A DNA stretch of 37,671 bases from a virus (IMGVR_UViG_3300019762_000017:1-37671), one strand, 5' to 3'. Shown: positions 1-8,610, counted from the first letter of the stretch. A program made the numbers and translations. The notes: generated by a model from the letters alone, not told the origin.

Positions 1-681
1 ATGGACGAGTTTCAAGTTGTTGAGCGAACGATATCAGGAGAGGCAAATCTACCTGTTAGCCTGCTAAGAAATCCGCAAGGAGTTGATGACTCATCACTAA
101 CAAGAATGATCTCATCTGCAGGCAATTTGAAAGGTAAAAACTTTCACATATTAGATCAAGCTGGTTTATCTGTTAATGACATTGTATCCATAGCAACGCG
201 ACATAAACATAAATACCCTGATACTGCAGTAATTGCGATTGATTACCTTGGGCTTATGACCATAAGTAAAAACGAGCGACACGACATTGCAATGGGCGAT
301 GTATCACGACGACTCAAGCAGCTAGCCAAAGAGCTAAAGACTCCAGTTGTTTTATTACTGCAGTTAGTCTCTAAGTCAATTGATGCTAGACCTATCACTG
401 ACAGAAAGCCTAGAGCTAGTGATATTAAAGACTCATCACGAATTCAGGATGACTGTGATTGGATTATCTTTCCATACCGTCACAAAGTTTATGATGATAA
501 CGCACACGATTACGCTGAGATTGTTCTAGGTAAGGCGCGTCACGGTGTTCAAGGTGCAATTGCATATCAAGAATTCAAGAACGGACATTTCATTGATTGT
601 GATCAATCTTATGCATTTGGAGCAATCGAACATTACATGAAAGAACAACAACCAAAACAACCAAAAAAGCGCGACATTTAA
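1..681 (+). CDS. dnaB: DnaB-like replicative helicase, C-terminal part
   Basis: IAIDYLGLM (Walker B), LKQLAKELKTPVVLLLQL, SDIKDSSRIQDDCD, AEIVLGKARHG motifs. Confidence 0.93.
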   Translation: MDEFQVVERTISGEANLPVSLLRNPQGVDDSSLTRMISSAGNLKGKNFHILDQAGLSVNDIVSIATRHKHKYPDTAVIAIDYLGLMTISKNERHDIAMGDVSRRLKQLAKELKTPVVLLLQLVSKSIDARPITDRKPRASDIKDSSRIQDDCDWIIFPYRHKVYDDNAHDYAEIVLGKARHGVQGAIAYQEFKNGHFIDCDQSYAFGAIEHYMKEQQPKQPKKRDI

Positions 682-699
682 CCCGTAGGAGCAATAGAG

Positions 700-879
700 A
701 TGAGTAAACCAAAATACAAACTAGAGCGCAGTAAATACCCAGGAACTGAAATGGAATGCGATGATTGTGCACTACTTCACTGCGCTCCATGCCCAAAAAC
801 TAGCGACGGACGACTCGTTTGCGGTCAGTTACTTCCGAATTTAGATACTATTTTCGTACAAGTCAAAGAGGGTGAGTGA
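700..879 (+). CDS. Small Cys-rich hypothetical protein (59 aa)
   Basis: Read by hand; AGGAG RBS; CDDC..C..C..C; stop overlaps next start. Confidence 0.65.
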   Translation: MSKPKYKLERSKYPGTEMECDDCALLHCAPCPKTSDGRLVCGQLLPNLDTIFVQVKEGE

Positions 880-1040
880 TGATTTACGCAGTGGAGATTA
901 AACTTTGGTGTGGAAAGCAATATGTAGAGCTGGATGAGCCTGTTGATACGATCGAGGAGGCCGAGAGGCTTGCTATTGATGTGATAAAGCAGTCCATAAG
1001 CTCGGCAGAAGTAGCGCAAACCTATCGCACTGGTGAGTAA
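879..1040 (+). CDS. Small hypothetical protein (53 aa)
   Basis: Read by hand, MIYAVEIKLW...; TGATG coupling; fills gap before ninB. Confidence 0.6.
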   Translation: MIYAVEIKLWCGKQYVELDEPVDTIEEAERLAIDVIKQSISSAEVAQTYRTGE

Positions 1041-1042
1041 AA

Positions 1043-1498
1043 ATGACAACTCACATAGCAACTAAACAAAACATAAACACTGAACTCGAATCAATATGTA
1101 TTGAGATTGATGCGATACATTTGACCGGTAAAAACGCTAGAGTGATTGTTGAATCAGACGAGAAGCGAACTCTATCCGCTAATGCCCAGGCTCATATCTG
1201 GGCCAAAGCAATCAGCAGTCATACCGGTGAAGATGTTAAGACTACATTCAACCGGTTGAAAAGGGACCATGCGTTACCAATCCTATTAGCAGACTTAACT
1301 CATGGACCGGTCGCAGACTTCATACTCAAGAAAACCGGTTTCGAATCGATGACCGATGACCAACAACTTAAAATTATCGATGCGATGTCAGTAACAAGAC
1401 TGTTCACCACCAAGCAACACAATTCATTTAGAGATTCAGTTCAAACGTACTGGAATCACGAAGGGCTTAACTTAGATTATTTGATGGGGAAATCATGA
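1043..1498 (+). CDS. ninB: NinB/Orf-family recombination protein
   Basis: KRTLSANAQAHIWAKAIS and SVTRLFTTKQ motifs; position after helicase. Confidence 0.75.
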   Translation: MTTHIATKQNINTELESICIEIDAIHLTGKNARVIVESDEKRTLSANAQAHIWAKAISSHTGEDVKTTFNRLKRDHALPILLADLTHGPVADFILKKTGFESMTDDQQLKIIDAMSVTRLFTTKQHNSFRDSVQTYWNHEGLNLDYLMGKS

Positions 1499-2130
1499 GT
1501 AATTCAAAGCGCAAATGCACTGGATGTAAAAAACGATTCCCACAAGAGGGAATGCTACCGTCACCTGTAGGATTCTTCTGTGATATTGATTGCCGCCTAG
1601 AATACGCTACAAAGAACTCTAAGAAATTAGCGGCTATTGGGTCGAAGATTCGAAGTAAAGCCAACAGGGCTGATTTGACGGCCTTTAATCGCAAAGATAT
1701 AGGGTGGCAACACAAACAAACACAGAAAAGATTTAATCGATTGCGAGTGTTGCAAGAAATTAAGTGGTTCCGCGATAACAATCAGCCGCCAACTTGTATC
1801 AGTTGTGGTAAAGAAAATATGGACTGGTGCTGTGGTCACTTCAAGACGGTAGGCGCTCAAGGTGCTTTAAGGTATGACGAGCTAAATACTTACCTTCAAT
1901 GTAATCGCTATTGCAATATGGGGCTAAGCGGAAACATCAGCGGCAACAAATCAACACGAGGCTATATCAAAGGACTTCACGAGCGGTTTGGTGAGGAAAA
2001 AGCCACTGAGATAATCGATTACTGTGAGTCTAATTCAGCATCAAGAAAGTGGACTTGTGACGAGGTGGAGGCAATACGAAAAGAAGCAAATGCAATGATA
2101 AGGAAGCTAGAAAGTGAGCTTGGGCTGTAA
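1495..2130 (+). CDS. ninG: NinG/Rap-family endonuclease
   Basis: N-terminal CxxC..FC..C; CISCG, CGHFKTVGA, LRYDELN..QCN.YCN. Confidence 0.88.
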   Translation: MSNSKRKCTGCKKRFPQEGMLPSPVGFFCDIDCRLEYATKNSKKLAAIGSKIRSKANRADLTAFNRKDIGWQHKQTQKRFNRLRVLQEIKWFRDNNQPPTCISCGKENMDWCCGHFKTVGAQGALRYDELNTYLQCNRYCNMGLSGNISGNKSTRGYIKGLHERFGEEKATEIIDYCESNSASRKWTCDEVEAIRKEANAMIRKLESELGL

Positions 2131-2232
2131 TCGCTTTATTGCATTAAATGAAAATAAACCATCGATTTAATTCGTTTTACTAGATTATGTCGATGGATAA
2201 TAATTAAACCTAATCTGAAGGAGTGAGAAGTT

Positions 2233-2460
2233 ATGAGTAATTTAAAAATAGCAGCAAGCCCATTAACTGGAAAAATTTACGCAGGAACATTAATAAGAAA
2301 TGGCTCTATGTGGGGTAAGAATAAAACTGATGTGACTATGGATTGTCTGATTGCCACTATTGAGCATTGCTTGAAGTTTGGCAATACAGTTCAGATATCA
2401 AAGCCTGATGGGACTGTTGAGTTTGAGATTGACGTTAAAGATTTTCGGGTGAAGAAATGA
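2233..2460 (+). CDS. Phage hypothetical protein
   Basis: AAGGAGTGAG RBS; SPLTGKIYAG...KTDVT pattern typical of small phage early proteins. Confidence 0.7.
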   Translation: MSNLKIAASPLTGKIYAGTLIRNGSMWGKNKTDVTMDCLIATIEHCLKFGNTVQISKPDGTVEFEIDVKDFRVKK

Positions 2461-2633
2461 CACTAATAAATAAAATACTAGCAGAGATAGAAAGCAAGCT
2501 CGGCGGCGTGTCTAACATGCAGTTTATGGACATGGTCACAGCATCACCATCACTTAAGCAAGCTATCAAAGATGAACAAGAATCTATCAGTCAGCTAGAG
2601 ACTAAAGCTAAATATGACATGGAGTGCGGATAA
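2457..2633 (+). CDS. Hypothetical protein (58 aa)
   Basis: Read by hand; ATGA overlap upstream, TAATG overlap downstream. Confidence 0.55.
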   Translation: MTLINKILAEIESKLGGVSNMQFMDMVTASPSLKQAIKDEQESISQLETKAKYDMECG

Positions 2634-2749
2634 TGAAAATAGCAGCAGTAGTAATACTAATAATAGCCGCACTTTATTTTGAGAGTGCAGAGCAAGAATG
2701 CTTAGATTTGGGTAACTCAGTTAATGAGTGTGCGCAGTTATCAATGTAA
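2633..2749 (+). CDS. Small membrane/secreted peptide (38 aa)
   Basis: MKIAAVVILIIAALYF hydrophobic N-terminus; translational coupling. Confidence 0.5.
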   Translation: MKIAAVVILIIAALYFESAEQECLDLGNSVNECAQLSM

Positions 2750-2759
2750 GGGGTGAGAG

Positions 2760-3827
2760 ATGAAAAAAGTAGTGAGCTTTAGCGGTGGAAGAACAAGCGC
2801 TTATTTGTGTTATTTGATGAAAGAGAAATACGGTGATGAAGTGGATTTTATTTACATGGACACAGGCGCAGAGCATGAAAAAACATATGAGTTCATTAGA
2901 AAGGTTAATGATGAATTTGGGCTTAATCTTACTTGCTTGCGTACCGATTTTTCTAGCCCTCTTGGTGCTGGTAATGGCTTTACAGTGGTTGACATTAATT
3001 CCATCAGTCCTGATTTGAAGCCATTTAGTGAAATGATATACAAGTATGGAGTACCTTACATTGGCGGCATGTTTTGCACTGACAGAATGAAGCTCGTTCC
3101 GTTTAATAAATACTGCAAGGAAAAGTACCCGAAAACATTTTGGTGTGACGGAATTCAAAAGCAGGGCGGGACTCCTGCTGGCAATATGTTCGAAGAGGCT
3201 GGGTATGAAACATGGCTAGGAATTCGAGCAGACGAGCCGAAAAGGGTCTTCGGTAAAAAGCTATACGGCAAATTAAAGTCCACGCTAGGCCTTAGTGATT
3301 CCGATTTAATTGATATGTACAGCACTAACCATATTGATATGGAGAAGTTTTTTGTTATGGAGGAACCGTCTGAGTGCGCGCTTTTTAATGAGGTATGCAG
3401 GAGGAAAAGAGCAGGCATCCGCTACATGGCTGAGATATCAGATTACGATAAGCAAGATGTTTTGGATTTTTGGTCTAATCAGGATTTCGATTTAGATTTA
3501 CCTGAACATCTGGGTAATTGCGTTTTTTGCCCCAAGAAGTCAGATCTAAAATTAGCAGCAGCGCAAAGAGATGAGTCAGATTTCTACCATGAATTTCTAA
3601 CTATGCTTTATTCGCCATCCGTTCGTGTAGATGACAAAACGGGTCACTATTCGAAAATGTACCGAGGAAAGCAATCACTTGAAAGTCTGATAGCTAAATT
3701 CGACGGATCAACGGGTGAAGAAATAAAAGCAAGAATACGTGGTGGTAAAATGGAGGCTTCCGGCTCGTGTTCAGAATCATGCGAAGTGTTTGCATGTGAA
3801 GCCAATCAAGTGGATATGTTTAAATAA
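2760..3827 (+). CDS. PAPS-reductase-family (PP-loop) protein with probable Fe-S cluster
   Basis: VVSFSGGRTS PP-loop, MDTGAEH, FCTDRMK, GIRADE, GNCVFCPKK, GSCSESCE. Confidence 0.85.
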   Translation: MKKVVSFSGGRTSAYLCYLMKEKYGDEVDFIYMDTGAEHEKTYEFIRKVNDEFGLNLTCLRTDFSSPLGAGNGFTVVDINSISPDLKPFSEMIYKYGVPYIGGMFCTDRMKLVPFNKYCKEKYPKTFWCDGIQKQGGTPAGNMFEEAGYETWLGIRADEPKRVFGKKLYGKLKSTLGLSDSDLIDMYSTNHIDMEKFFVMEEPSECALFNEVCRRKRAGIRYMAEISDYDKQDVLDFWSNQDFDLDLPEHLGNCVFCPKKSDLKLAAAQRDESDFYHEFLTMLYSPSVRVDDKTGHYSKMYRGKQSLESLIAKFDGSTGEEIKARIRGGKMEASGSCSESCEVFACEANQVDMFK

Positions 3828-3901
3828 AAAAATACCGCCAGGAGTGAGACTGGCGGCATAAACTCGGAGTAGAGATGATGGTTAGAAATGAGAAACCAAC
3901 A
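3826..3901 (-). ncRNA. Putative ~75-nt antisense sRNA (paQ-like position)
   Basis: Minus-strand TTGAGC-N17-TATAGT (3936-3908) upstream; intrinsic terminator stem 3832-3859 with U-tract on the minus strand. Confidence 0.5.
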
Positions 3902-4297
3902 AAAGTGACTATACAGACTAAAGCTGAAATGCTCAAGTTGTCAACTGGAATTAGCAGTAAAGCAAAAGTTGCAAGGGCGATAATATGCAGCGAAGAAATG
4001 GTGTCTTATTCGGATATCGCTAGGGTGCTGGGCATTGAGCTGGATGCGGTTGTGTGCGCAGTTAGAGATTTAAGGGGAAAGTGTTACGTCACATTTGAAG
4101 TGAAAAGAGTTGACGGAGTAAATTATTACAAAATCAAAAAGGTCATGAGAAAGATTCAAACTTGGCCAAATAGTCGAGTTATTAAATCGAGAAAAATTGC
4201 AGAGAACAACAGAATATCTAAAAGAATGAAATCGCTTGATTTATCTAGAAGATTGAAATCAGATAATATGACACTAATTGATTCGGTATTTTGTTAG
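3875..4297 (+). CDS. Basic winged-HTH protein in the lambda Q position, possible late regulator
   Basis: SYSDIARVLGIELDAVVCAVRDLR followed by beta hairpin; GGAG RBS; last gene of the early rightward operon. Confidence 0.5.
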   Translation: MMVRNEKPTKVTIQTKAEMLKLSTGISSKAKVARAIICSEEMVSYSDIARVLGIELDAVVCAVRDLRGKCYVTFEVKRVDGVNYYKIKKVMRKIQTWPNSRVIKSRKIAENNRISKRMKSLDLSRRLKSDNMTLIDSVFC

Positions 4298-4315
4298 CCT
4301 TCCGTGGCGTAGGGT

Positions 4316-4681
4316 TTACTTTTTAAGCCTATTAACTACGCCCTCAACCGCTCCGCCGCCGAAGTAAAACGCAAGTATAACAATAAACGCGCTACCCATG
4401 TCGCCATTTAGAAAAGTCATGATTGCTGTTAAATCCAACTCCTTCACCATGAATACGTCAGCAATATAAATTAAACCAGTTAGAAACCACAATGCAACGT
4501 ATGGAATGCTGACGACCAACATTAACCAGCGTTGTGCAATTTTGTACGGTTCGTATAATTTTAGAAAGGTCATCTTGGCGTTAGACTTTTCTTCATCAGT
4601 GAATACCATTGCATCAATACCGCTGATACCTGCATCAATGACTTTATCACTACCGAATATCTTACCTAAAAATCCAAACAT
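4316..4681 (-). CDS. Holin-like membrane protein (resembles 3TM/GTA-holin type)
   Basis: Start MFGFLGKIFG; FTDEEK motif; two TM helices ending AFYFGG; directly after endolysin. Confidence 0.65.
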   Translation of the reverse strand: MFGFLGKIFGSDKVIDAGISGIDAMVFTDEEKSNAKMTFLKLYEPYKIAQRWLMLVVSIPYVALWFLTGLIYIADVFMVKELDLTAIMTFLNGDMGSAFIVILAFYFGGGAVEGVVNRLKK

Positions 4682-4682
4682 T

Positions 4683-5042
4683 TTATTTTCTCCACTTATT
4701 GCCAGTTCGCGTGTCAACATGAACAAACGTTTCATACAATCCAAATCCGTATTGATTCGGCCATGTCATATCTAAATATTCAAATACTTCCTGGGGTGTT
4801 ACGTTTTTAACTACGATGTCACAAGCGCGGCCCTGCAAGTGATAAGACCGACTGGCACCACCAACAGCTTTGTTATGCTCATAGCAGCGACATGCTGAAT
4901 TAATAGTTACAGGCTCATTGAATCGCTCACGAACTGCCGTGATGACCATTAGAGTTTCTGGATCGACTGTATCAAAATTGCATTGAGGATTGCTGCATTG
5001 ACATTTAAATTCACTACGTTTAAAGAATGGTGAGAGCTGCAT
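4683..5042 (-). CDS. Endolysin, peptidase M15 family
   Basis: FKRSEFKC, INSACRC..HN..VGGA..SYHL.G.ACDI, FVHVDTR. Confidence 0.9.
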   Translation of the reverse strand: MQLSPFFKRSEFKCQCSNPQCNFDTVDPETLMVITAVRERFNEPVTINSACRCYEHNKAVGGASRSYHLQGRACDIVVKNVTPQEVFEYLDMTWPNQYGFGLYETFVHVDTRTGNKWRK

Positions 5043-5072
5043 AATTAATATCTCATTGTTTGCGGAGTATGA

Positions 5073-5081
5073 ATTATAACA
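5073..5081 (-). promoter_or_regulatory. Extended -10 promoter for the lysis cassette
   Basis: TGTTATAAT on minus strand about 30 nt before the endolysin ATG, downstream of a terminator. Confidence 0.6.
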
Positions 5082-5160
5082 TATACTGAGTGTAGGTTTA
5101 CCAAGTAGGCGGTGGTCAAAGAAAATATAAGGTGATGTTTGTTTGGATGGCAGGCATTAG

Positions 5161-5191
5161 AAAGCCCGGTATAATTTCGCACTGGGCTTTT
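5161..5191. terminator. Intrinsic terminator, possibly bidirectional
   Basis: AAAGCCCGGT-N10-ACTGGGCTTTT just after the stop of 5202..5570. Confidence 0.65.
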
Positions 5192-5201
5192 GTTTGGGTG
5201 G

Positions 5202-5570
5202 TTATAGGCTGCCATCTCCCATGTGACTGGTTTCAAATCCATGTGAGTAATATCCATTATGAGAGTTATAGAGATGAAGGTAAAGATCATCACTCCCATC
5301 TTTCGTTAGTCTAAAGCAGACCTGCCCTCCATCATCAAGATCGTCACTATCTACGCCTACACAATAGCTAACATCAAAAACATATCCATCCGTGACGAAT
5401 TCATCATTGGTGTTTCCGTCGCATCTGTACTGCTCATTTTTATCCTCTGATATGAAGTACCCAGCATCCTCACAGCAGCACTGACAAGTATCGTATCCTA
5501 CGAAAACGTCATTTTCATCAACAAAGTTTACCTTTGAATCCCATCCACTTTCTTTATCTGTAATAATCAC
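5202..5570 (-). CDS. Acidic hypothetical protein
   Basis: QCCCE and YNSHNGYYSHG motifs seen in phage hypotheticals; AAGGAG RBS, GTG start. Confidence 0.7.
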   Translation of the reverse strand: MIITDKESGWDSKVNFVDENDVFVGYDTCQCCCEDAGYFISEDKNEQYRCDGNTNDEFVTDGYVFDVSYCVGVDSDDLDDGGQVCFRLTKDGSDDLYLHLYNSHNGYYSHGFETSHMGDGSL

Positions 5571-5686
5571 AACTCATACTCCTTCTTAATTAGTCTTTCT
5601 TCAATTCTACGCCTAGCAGCCTGACGGCGCTTTAACTGCTTATGTTGTTCATGGTCTTTCTGTTTGCCGCGAGTTCGTGAACACAT
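5567..5686 (-). CDS. Small Arg-rich protein (39 aa)
   Basis: Read by hand, MCSRTRGKQKDHEQHKQLKRRQAARRRIEERLIKKEYEL; GTGA coupling. Confidence 0.55.
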   Translation of the reverse strand: MCSRTRGKQKDHEQHKQLKRRQAARRRIEERLIKKEYEL

Positions 5687-5715
5687 ATCTATCACTCTAT
5701 AGGTTAATGGGGTGG

Positions 5716-5901
5716 TTAGAGGCTATTCAAGTCATCAATTACGGGGTGGCCAACTTCGTACGAGTTAACCGTGCGCAACTCCATTTTATTGAAATCGTAA
5801 ACCTTTACCGTGTCGTCACTATTCACGTCTATCTGTATCGCTATGAATGATGACTCACCTTCAGGGTAGACGTTAATTACTGGTTTTATTGAATTGCTCA
5901 T
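5716..5901 (-). CDS. Hypothetical protein
   Basis: ACGGAG RBS; first gene after the leftward promoter. Confidence 0.6.
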   Translation of the reverse strand: MSNSIKPVINVYPEGESSFIAIQIDVNSDDTVKVYDFNKMELRTVNSYEVGHPVIDDLNSL

Positions 5902-5932
5902 ATTCTTCTTACTCCGTTGTTAGTGTGATTTA

Positions 5933-6014
5933 AATGTACCATATAATGGGTGGGTGTCAATATAATATATAAATATAATTAATGTATTGACTCTGTGCGT
6001 GAGTGGGTTATTAT
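5933..6014. promoter_or_regulatory. Divergent sigma70 promoters
   Basis: Minus TTGACA(5960-5955)-N16-TACATT with TG extension; plus TTGACT(5987)-N16-TATTAT; AT-rich centre. Confidence 0.65.
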
Positions 6015-6035
6015 TAATGAAATTCAGGAGGTAAT

Positions 6036-6236
6036 ATGCAAGAGAAGAAAAGCTTTAAGCAAGCGACGCTGTGGGTATCAACTCACGATAAAATTGAAGT
6101 ACTGATGGAGCATTATCAGTCGCAGCAAGATAAAGAGTTTGGCGATAAAGCTAAGAAGATATCGAAAGCCGCATTGATAGATAGCCTTGTCGCTATGAAG
6201 CTGCATGAAGTGACAATGGAAATTGAAGGTAAATAA
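6036..6236 (+). CDS. Small DNA-binding protein, ribbon-helix-helix-like
   Basis: FKQATLWVSTHDKIEVL...KISKAALIDSLV pattern; AGGAGG RBS. Confidence 0.55.
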   Translation: MQEKKSFKQATLWVSTHDKIEVLMEHYQSQQDKEFGDKAKKISKAALIDSLVAMKLHEVTMEIEGK

Positions 6237-6249
6237 CGGAGATAACGAG

Positions 6250-6876
6250 ATGAACACTGACAACATAGCAGTAACACAGCAAGAAGAGGAAGAGTTTAGC
6301 GCAATGAGCAAGGTTGAGCCAAAAAATGGTGAGTGGTGGCTGTGTGACGTGAAGAAAGATGGTCGACAAGCGCTGTACCTTGGAGCTAATGGTTGGATTT
6401 ATTCCAAATCAAGTGATGACATTATCGACAATGCAAGCCCAATATCACGCCTTTACACACAGGAAGAGTATGACAACAAGCCTGTTAGCCCTGTCGATGA
6501 TTCAGAGTGGAAGAATGGGATTCCTCCTGTTGGTGCTGAGTGTGTTTATCGACACAAAAATCAGCCGCATAATCCGTGGCTTTACCAGTTTGACGGGGTG
6601 CTTTGTGATTGCGTAGCTCATGTTGGAGACCTGTCAGTATTGGTTGCAAAAGACCTTTCATTCTCCACTGCCTGCAATGACTTATGGATTGAAAAGCCCG
6701 AATCCAAAGAAGACAAGGAAGCGCGTGAGCGAATGGAGTCTGCGTATGATTTGTATGCATCATGGGTTGGTGATGCGGTTGGTGCGCTTCCATTTAACTT
6801 TACCGAATTCAGCTCGGATGGCGCGATTGTCCGTAAGTGGCTTCGAGTTTTAGACAAAACAGGCTATCGCAAATGA
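6250..6876 (+). CDS. Phage hypothetical protein
   Basis: ACGGAG RBS before ATG 6250; W..GIPPVG.EC motif common in phage proteins. Confidence 0.7.
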   Translation: MNTDNIAVTQQEEEEFSAMSKVEPKNGEWWLCDVKKDGRQALYLGANGWIYSKSSDDIIDNASPISRLYTQEEYDNKPVSPVDDSEWKNGIPPVGAECVYRHKNQPHNPWLYQFDGVLCDCVAHVGDLSVLVAKDLSFSTACNDLWIEKPESKEDKEARERMESAYDLYASWVGDAVGALPFNFTEFSSDGAIVRKWLRVLDKTGYRK

Positions 6877-6965
6877 AATACTCAAACATAGAGGCTAACT
6901 TGAGTATTGCTGTATTCATTGGATTGATGGGTTTTCTATCATGGATAGCATTAAGCGGTTACTAG
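6873..6965 (+). CDS. Small single-TM peptide (30 aa)
   Basis: ATGA overlap; hydrophobic core. Confidence 0.45.
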   Translation: MKYSNIEANLSIAVFIGLMGFLSWIALSGY

Positions 6966-7031
6966 TAGCATTGTTTATTATCGCGATGTTTGTTGCAGCG
7001 CACTCATATTACGGATTGGAGAGTTTTTAAG

Positions 7032-7571
7032 ATGGTTAATTTAATTGAGTTACAAAACAAAATACACGCACAAAATAAAGAGCTTGGATGGTGGGATGAA
7101 GAACGTCCGTTCAGCACATTCGTATGCCTGTTTCATTCGGAGCTGTCAGAGGCGATGGAAGGTGATCGCAAAGGGCTGATGGATGACCACTTACCAGAAT
7201 ACCCGATGTTTCAAGTTGAGCTGGCTGATTTTGTTATACGGGTTTTGGATTACTTGGGCAGCAAGGGCTTTATTCATTACCAAGATATTTATTTCGATGA
7301 TGATGATATGGAAAATCAAAATGAGATAGAGTTGATTGCTCGACTTCATACTGGCGTGTCCATGTGCTTTCAGGATTATATTGATAGAAATAAAATGGTA
7401 GATCATGAGGCAAAGGATGGTCTGGCGTCATGCGTAGAGGCTGCATTTGCATTCTCTAGCTATAACAATATCAATTTACACAAAATCATTCTTGAAAAAG
7501 TAGAATACAACAAACATCGAGCTGACCATAAGCGCGAAAATCGCGCAATGGCTGGCGGCAAGAAATATTAA
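7032..7571 (+). CDS. MazG-like nucleotide pyrophosphohydrolase
   Basis: GWW, HSELSEAMEG, VELADFVIRVLD, EKVEYNKHR; GGAG RBS before ATG 7032. Confidence 0.85.
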   Translation: MVNLIELQNKIHAQNKELGWWDEERPFSTFVCLFHSELSEAMEGDRKGLMDDHLPEYPMFQVELADFVIRVLDYLGSKGFIHYQDIYFDDDDMENQNEIELIARLHTGVSMCFQDYIDRNKMVDHEAKDGLASCVEAAFAFSSYNNINLHKIILEKVEYNKHRADHKRENRAMAGGKKY

Positions 7572-7660
7572 GGATTGCGCATGTACAAACTAAAAGTAAT
7601 GACTGAACCAATGGGGTTTGATGATTTTTGCGAGTGGATTGATGAGATGGGGGGAGAGTG

Positions 7661-7813
7661 ATGGGTCGTAGAGAGTTATTTGAGTTATGGGTTTCCCGTC
7701 AGTACGGCGTCACAACATTACTGGAAGGATTTAGCGATACTGATGGATATCCAGATATGACAATAAACGCTATGTGGGCGGGGTTTAACGCAGGAATTGA
7801 GTTATCTCAATAA
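7661..7813 (+). CDS. Hypothetical protein (50 aa)
   Basis: RELFELW...Y.D..INAMWAGF pattern typical of small phage proteins. Confidence 0.55.
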   Translation: MGRRELFELWVSRQYGVTTLLEGFSDTDGYPDMTINAMWAGFNAGIELSQ

Positions 7814-7883
7814 CCACAGCAACATGCATAAGCGGTGAGCAACCAAGTGAGCCGCTTAATTCAAAGAAGTAAGACAGTAGTGT

Positions 7884-7892
7884 TGGTATAAT
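7884..7892 (+). promoter_or_regulatory. Extended -10 promoter at the start of the late operon
   Basis: TGGTATAAT, no clear -35, after hairpin TAAGCGG...CCGCTTA. Confidence 0.55.
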
Positions 7893-7916
7893 TGAGTCAC
7901 AATTAAGTAAGGAGTA

Positions 7917-8153
7917 TTGAAGATGATTGAATTACTTTTAATGTTTTCAGTAGTGATTTTGTCGGTAGCGGTGGCAGCAATTATTTATATTGTTAACTTC
8001 ACTCGAACAAGAGACATTGAAGTTATCGACTCACCGAATGAGGCGCAAAAACTCATTAACAACAAGTTCACTGAAGCCGCGCGACGAGTGATAGAAGAGC
8101 GAAAAAGAGCAGGGGAATCCAATGGACTTTCTGATGATAGAAAACATAGTTGA
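7917..8153 (+). CDS. Single-TM membrane protein
   Basis: TAAGGAG RBS; N-terminal hydrophobic helix; start may be ATG 7923. Confidence 0.65.
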   Translation: MKMIELLLMFSVVILSVAVAAIIYIVNFTRTRDIEVIDSPNEAQKLINNKFTEAARRVIEERKRAGESNGLSDDRKHS

Positions 8154-8610
8154 GCTTGCTGTTATTTCTGCTGCTGCATTCGTGGCAAGGTCTAAGTTAA
8201 TTCCGATCGCTCTAATCATATACAACGTGTTTTATCAAATCGTAAATGGTCTAGCTACTGCTCGTTATTACTTTGAAGTGGAGAATTACTATAACTATGT
8301 GACAACGCTCACAGAGGTGAATGAATCACTAATGGTCTATTACATTACTAATGGCTTATTTATGATGTTTATGTCTGCTTTGTTTTTCTTGCTTCAAACT
8401 AGAATGTCATTACTATTGTCAGTGATTGTAATGATTCAATCGCTACTCACTGTATTCATGTCTTTAGTTGTTTATAGAGTTAATAGTTCAAAGCTAGATT
8501 TGAATTGGGTTTTCGAAGTTCATTCGTCAATAGATAGTAAGTTTGTTATTATATACTGTGTAATAGCATGGATATGCGTTTTATTATCACGGAAGTCAGC
8601 CTATGGATAA
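8122..8610 (+). CDS. Multi-pass membrane protein
   Basis: 4-5 hydrophobic helices. Confidence 0.7.
   Translation: MDFLMIENIVELAVISAAAFVARSKLIPIALIIYNVFYQIVNGLATARYYFEVENYYNYVTTLTEVNESLMVYYITNGLFMMFMSALFFLLQTRMSLLLSVIVMIQSLLTVFMSLVVYRVNSSKLDLNWVFEVHSSIDSKFVIIYCVIAWICVLLSRKSAYG

Noticed and set aside
2760-3827. Auxiliary metabolic cysH for sulfate assimilation
   Set aside because: Lacks the CysH C-terminal ECGLH motif, and no other sulfur genes are present
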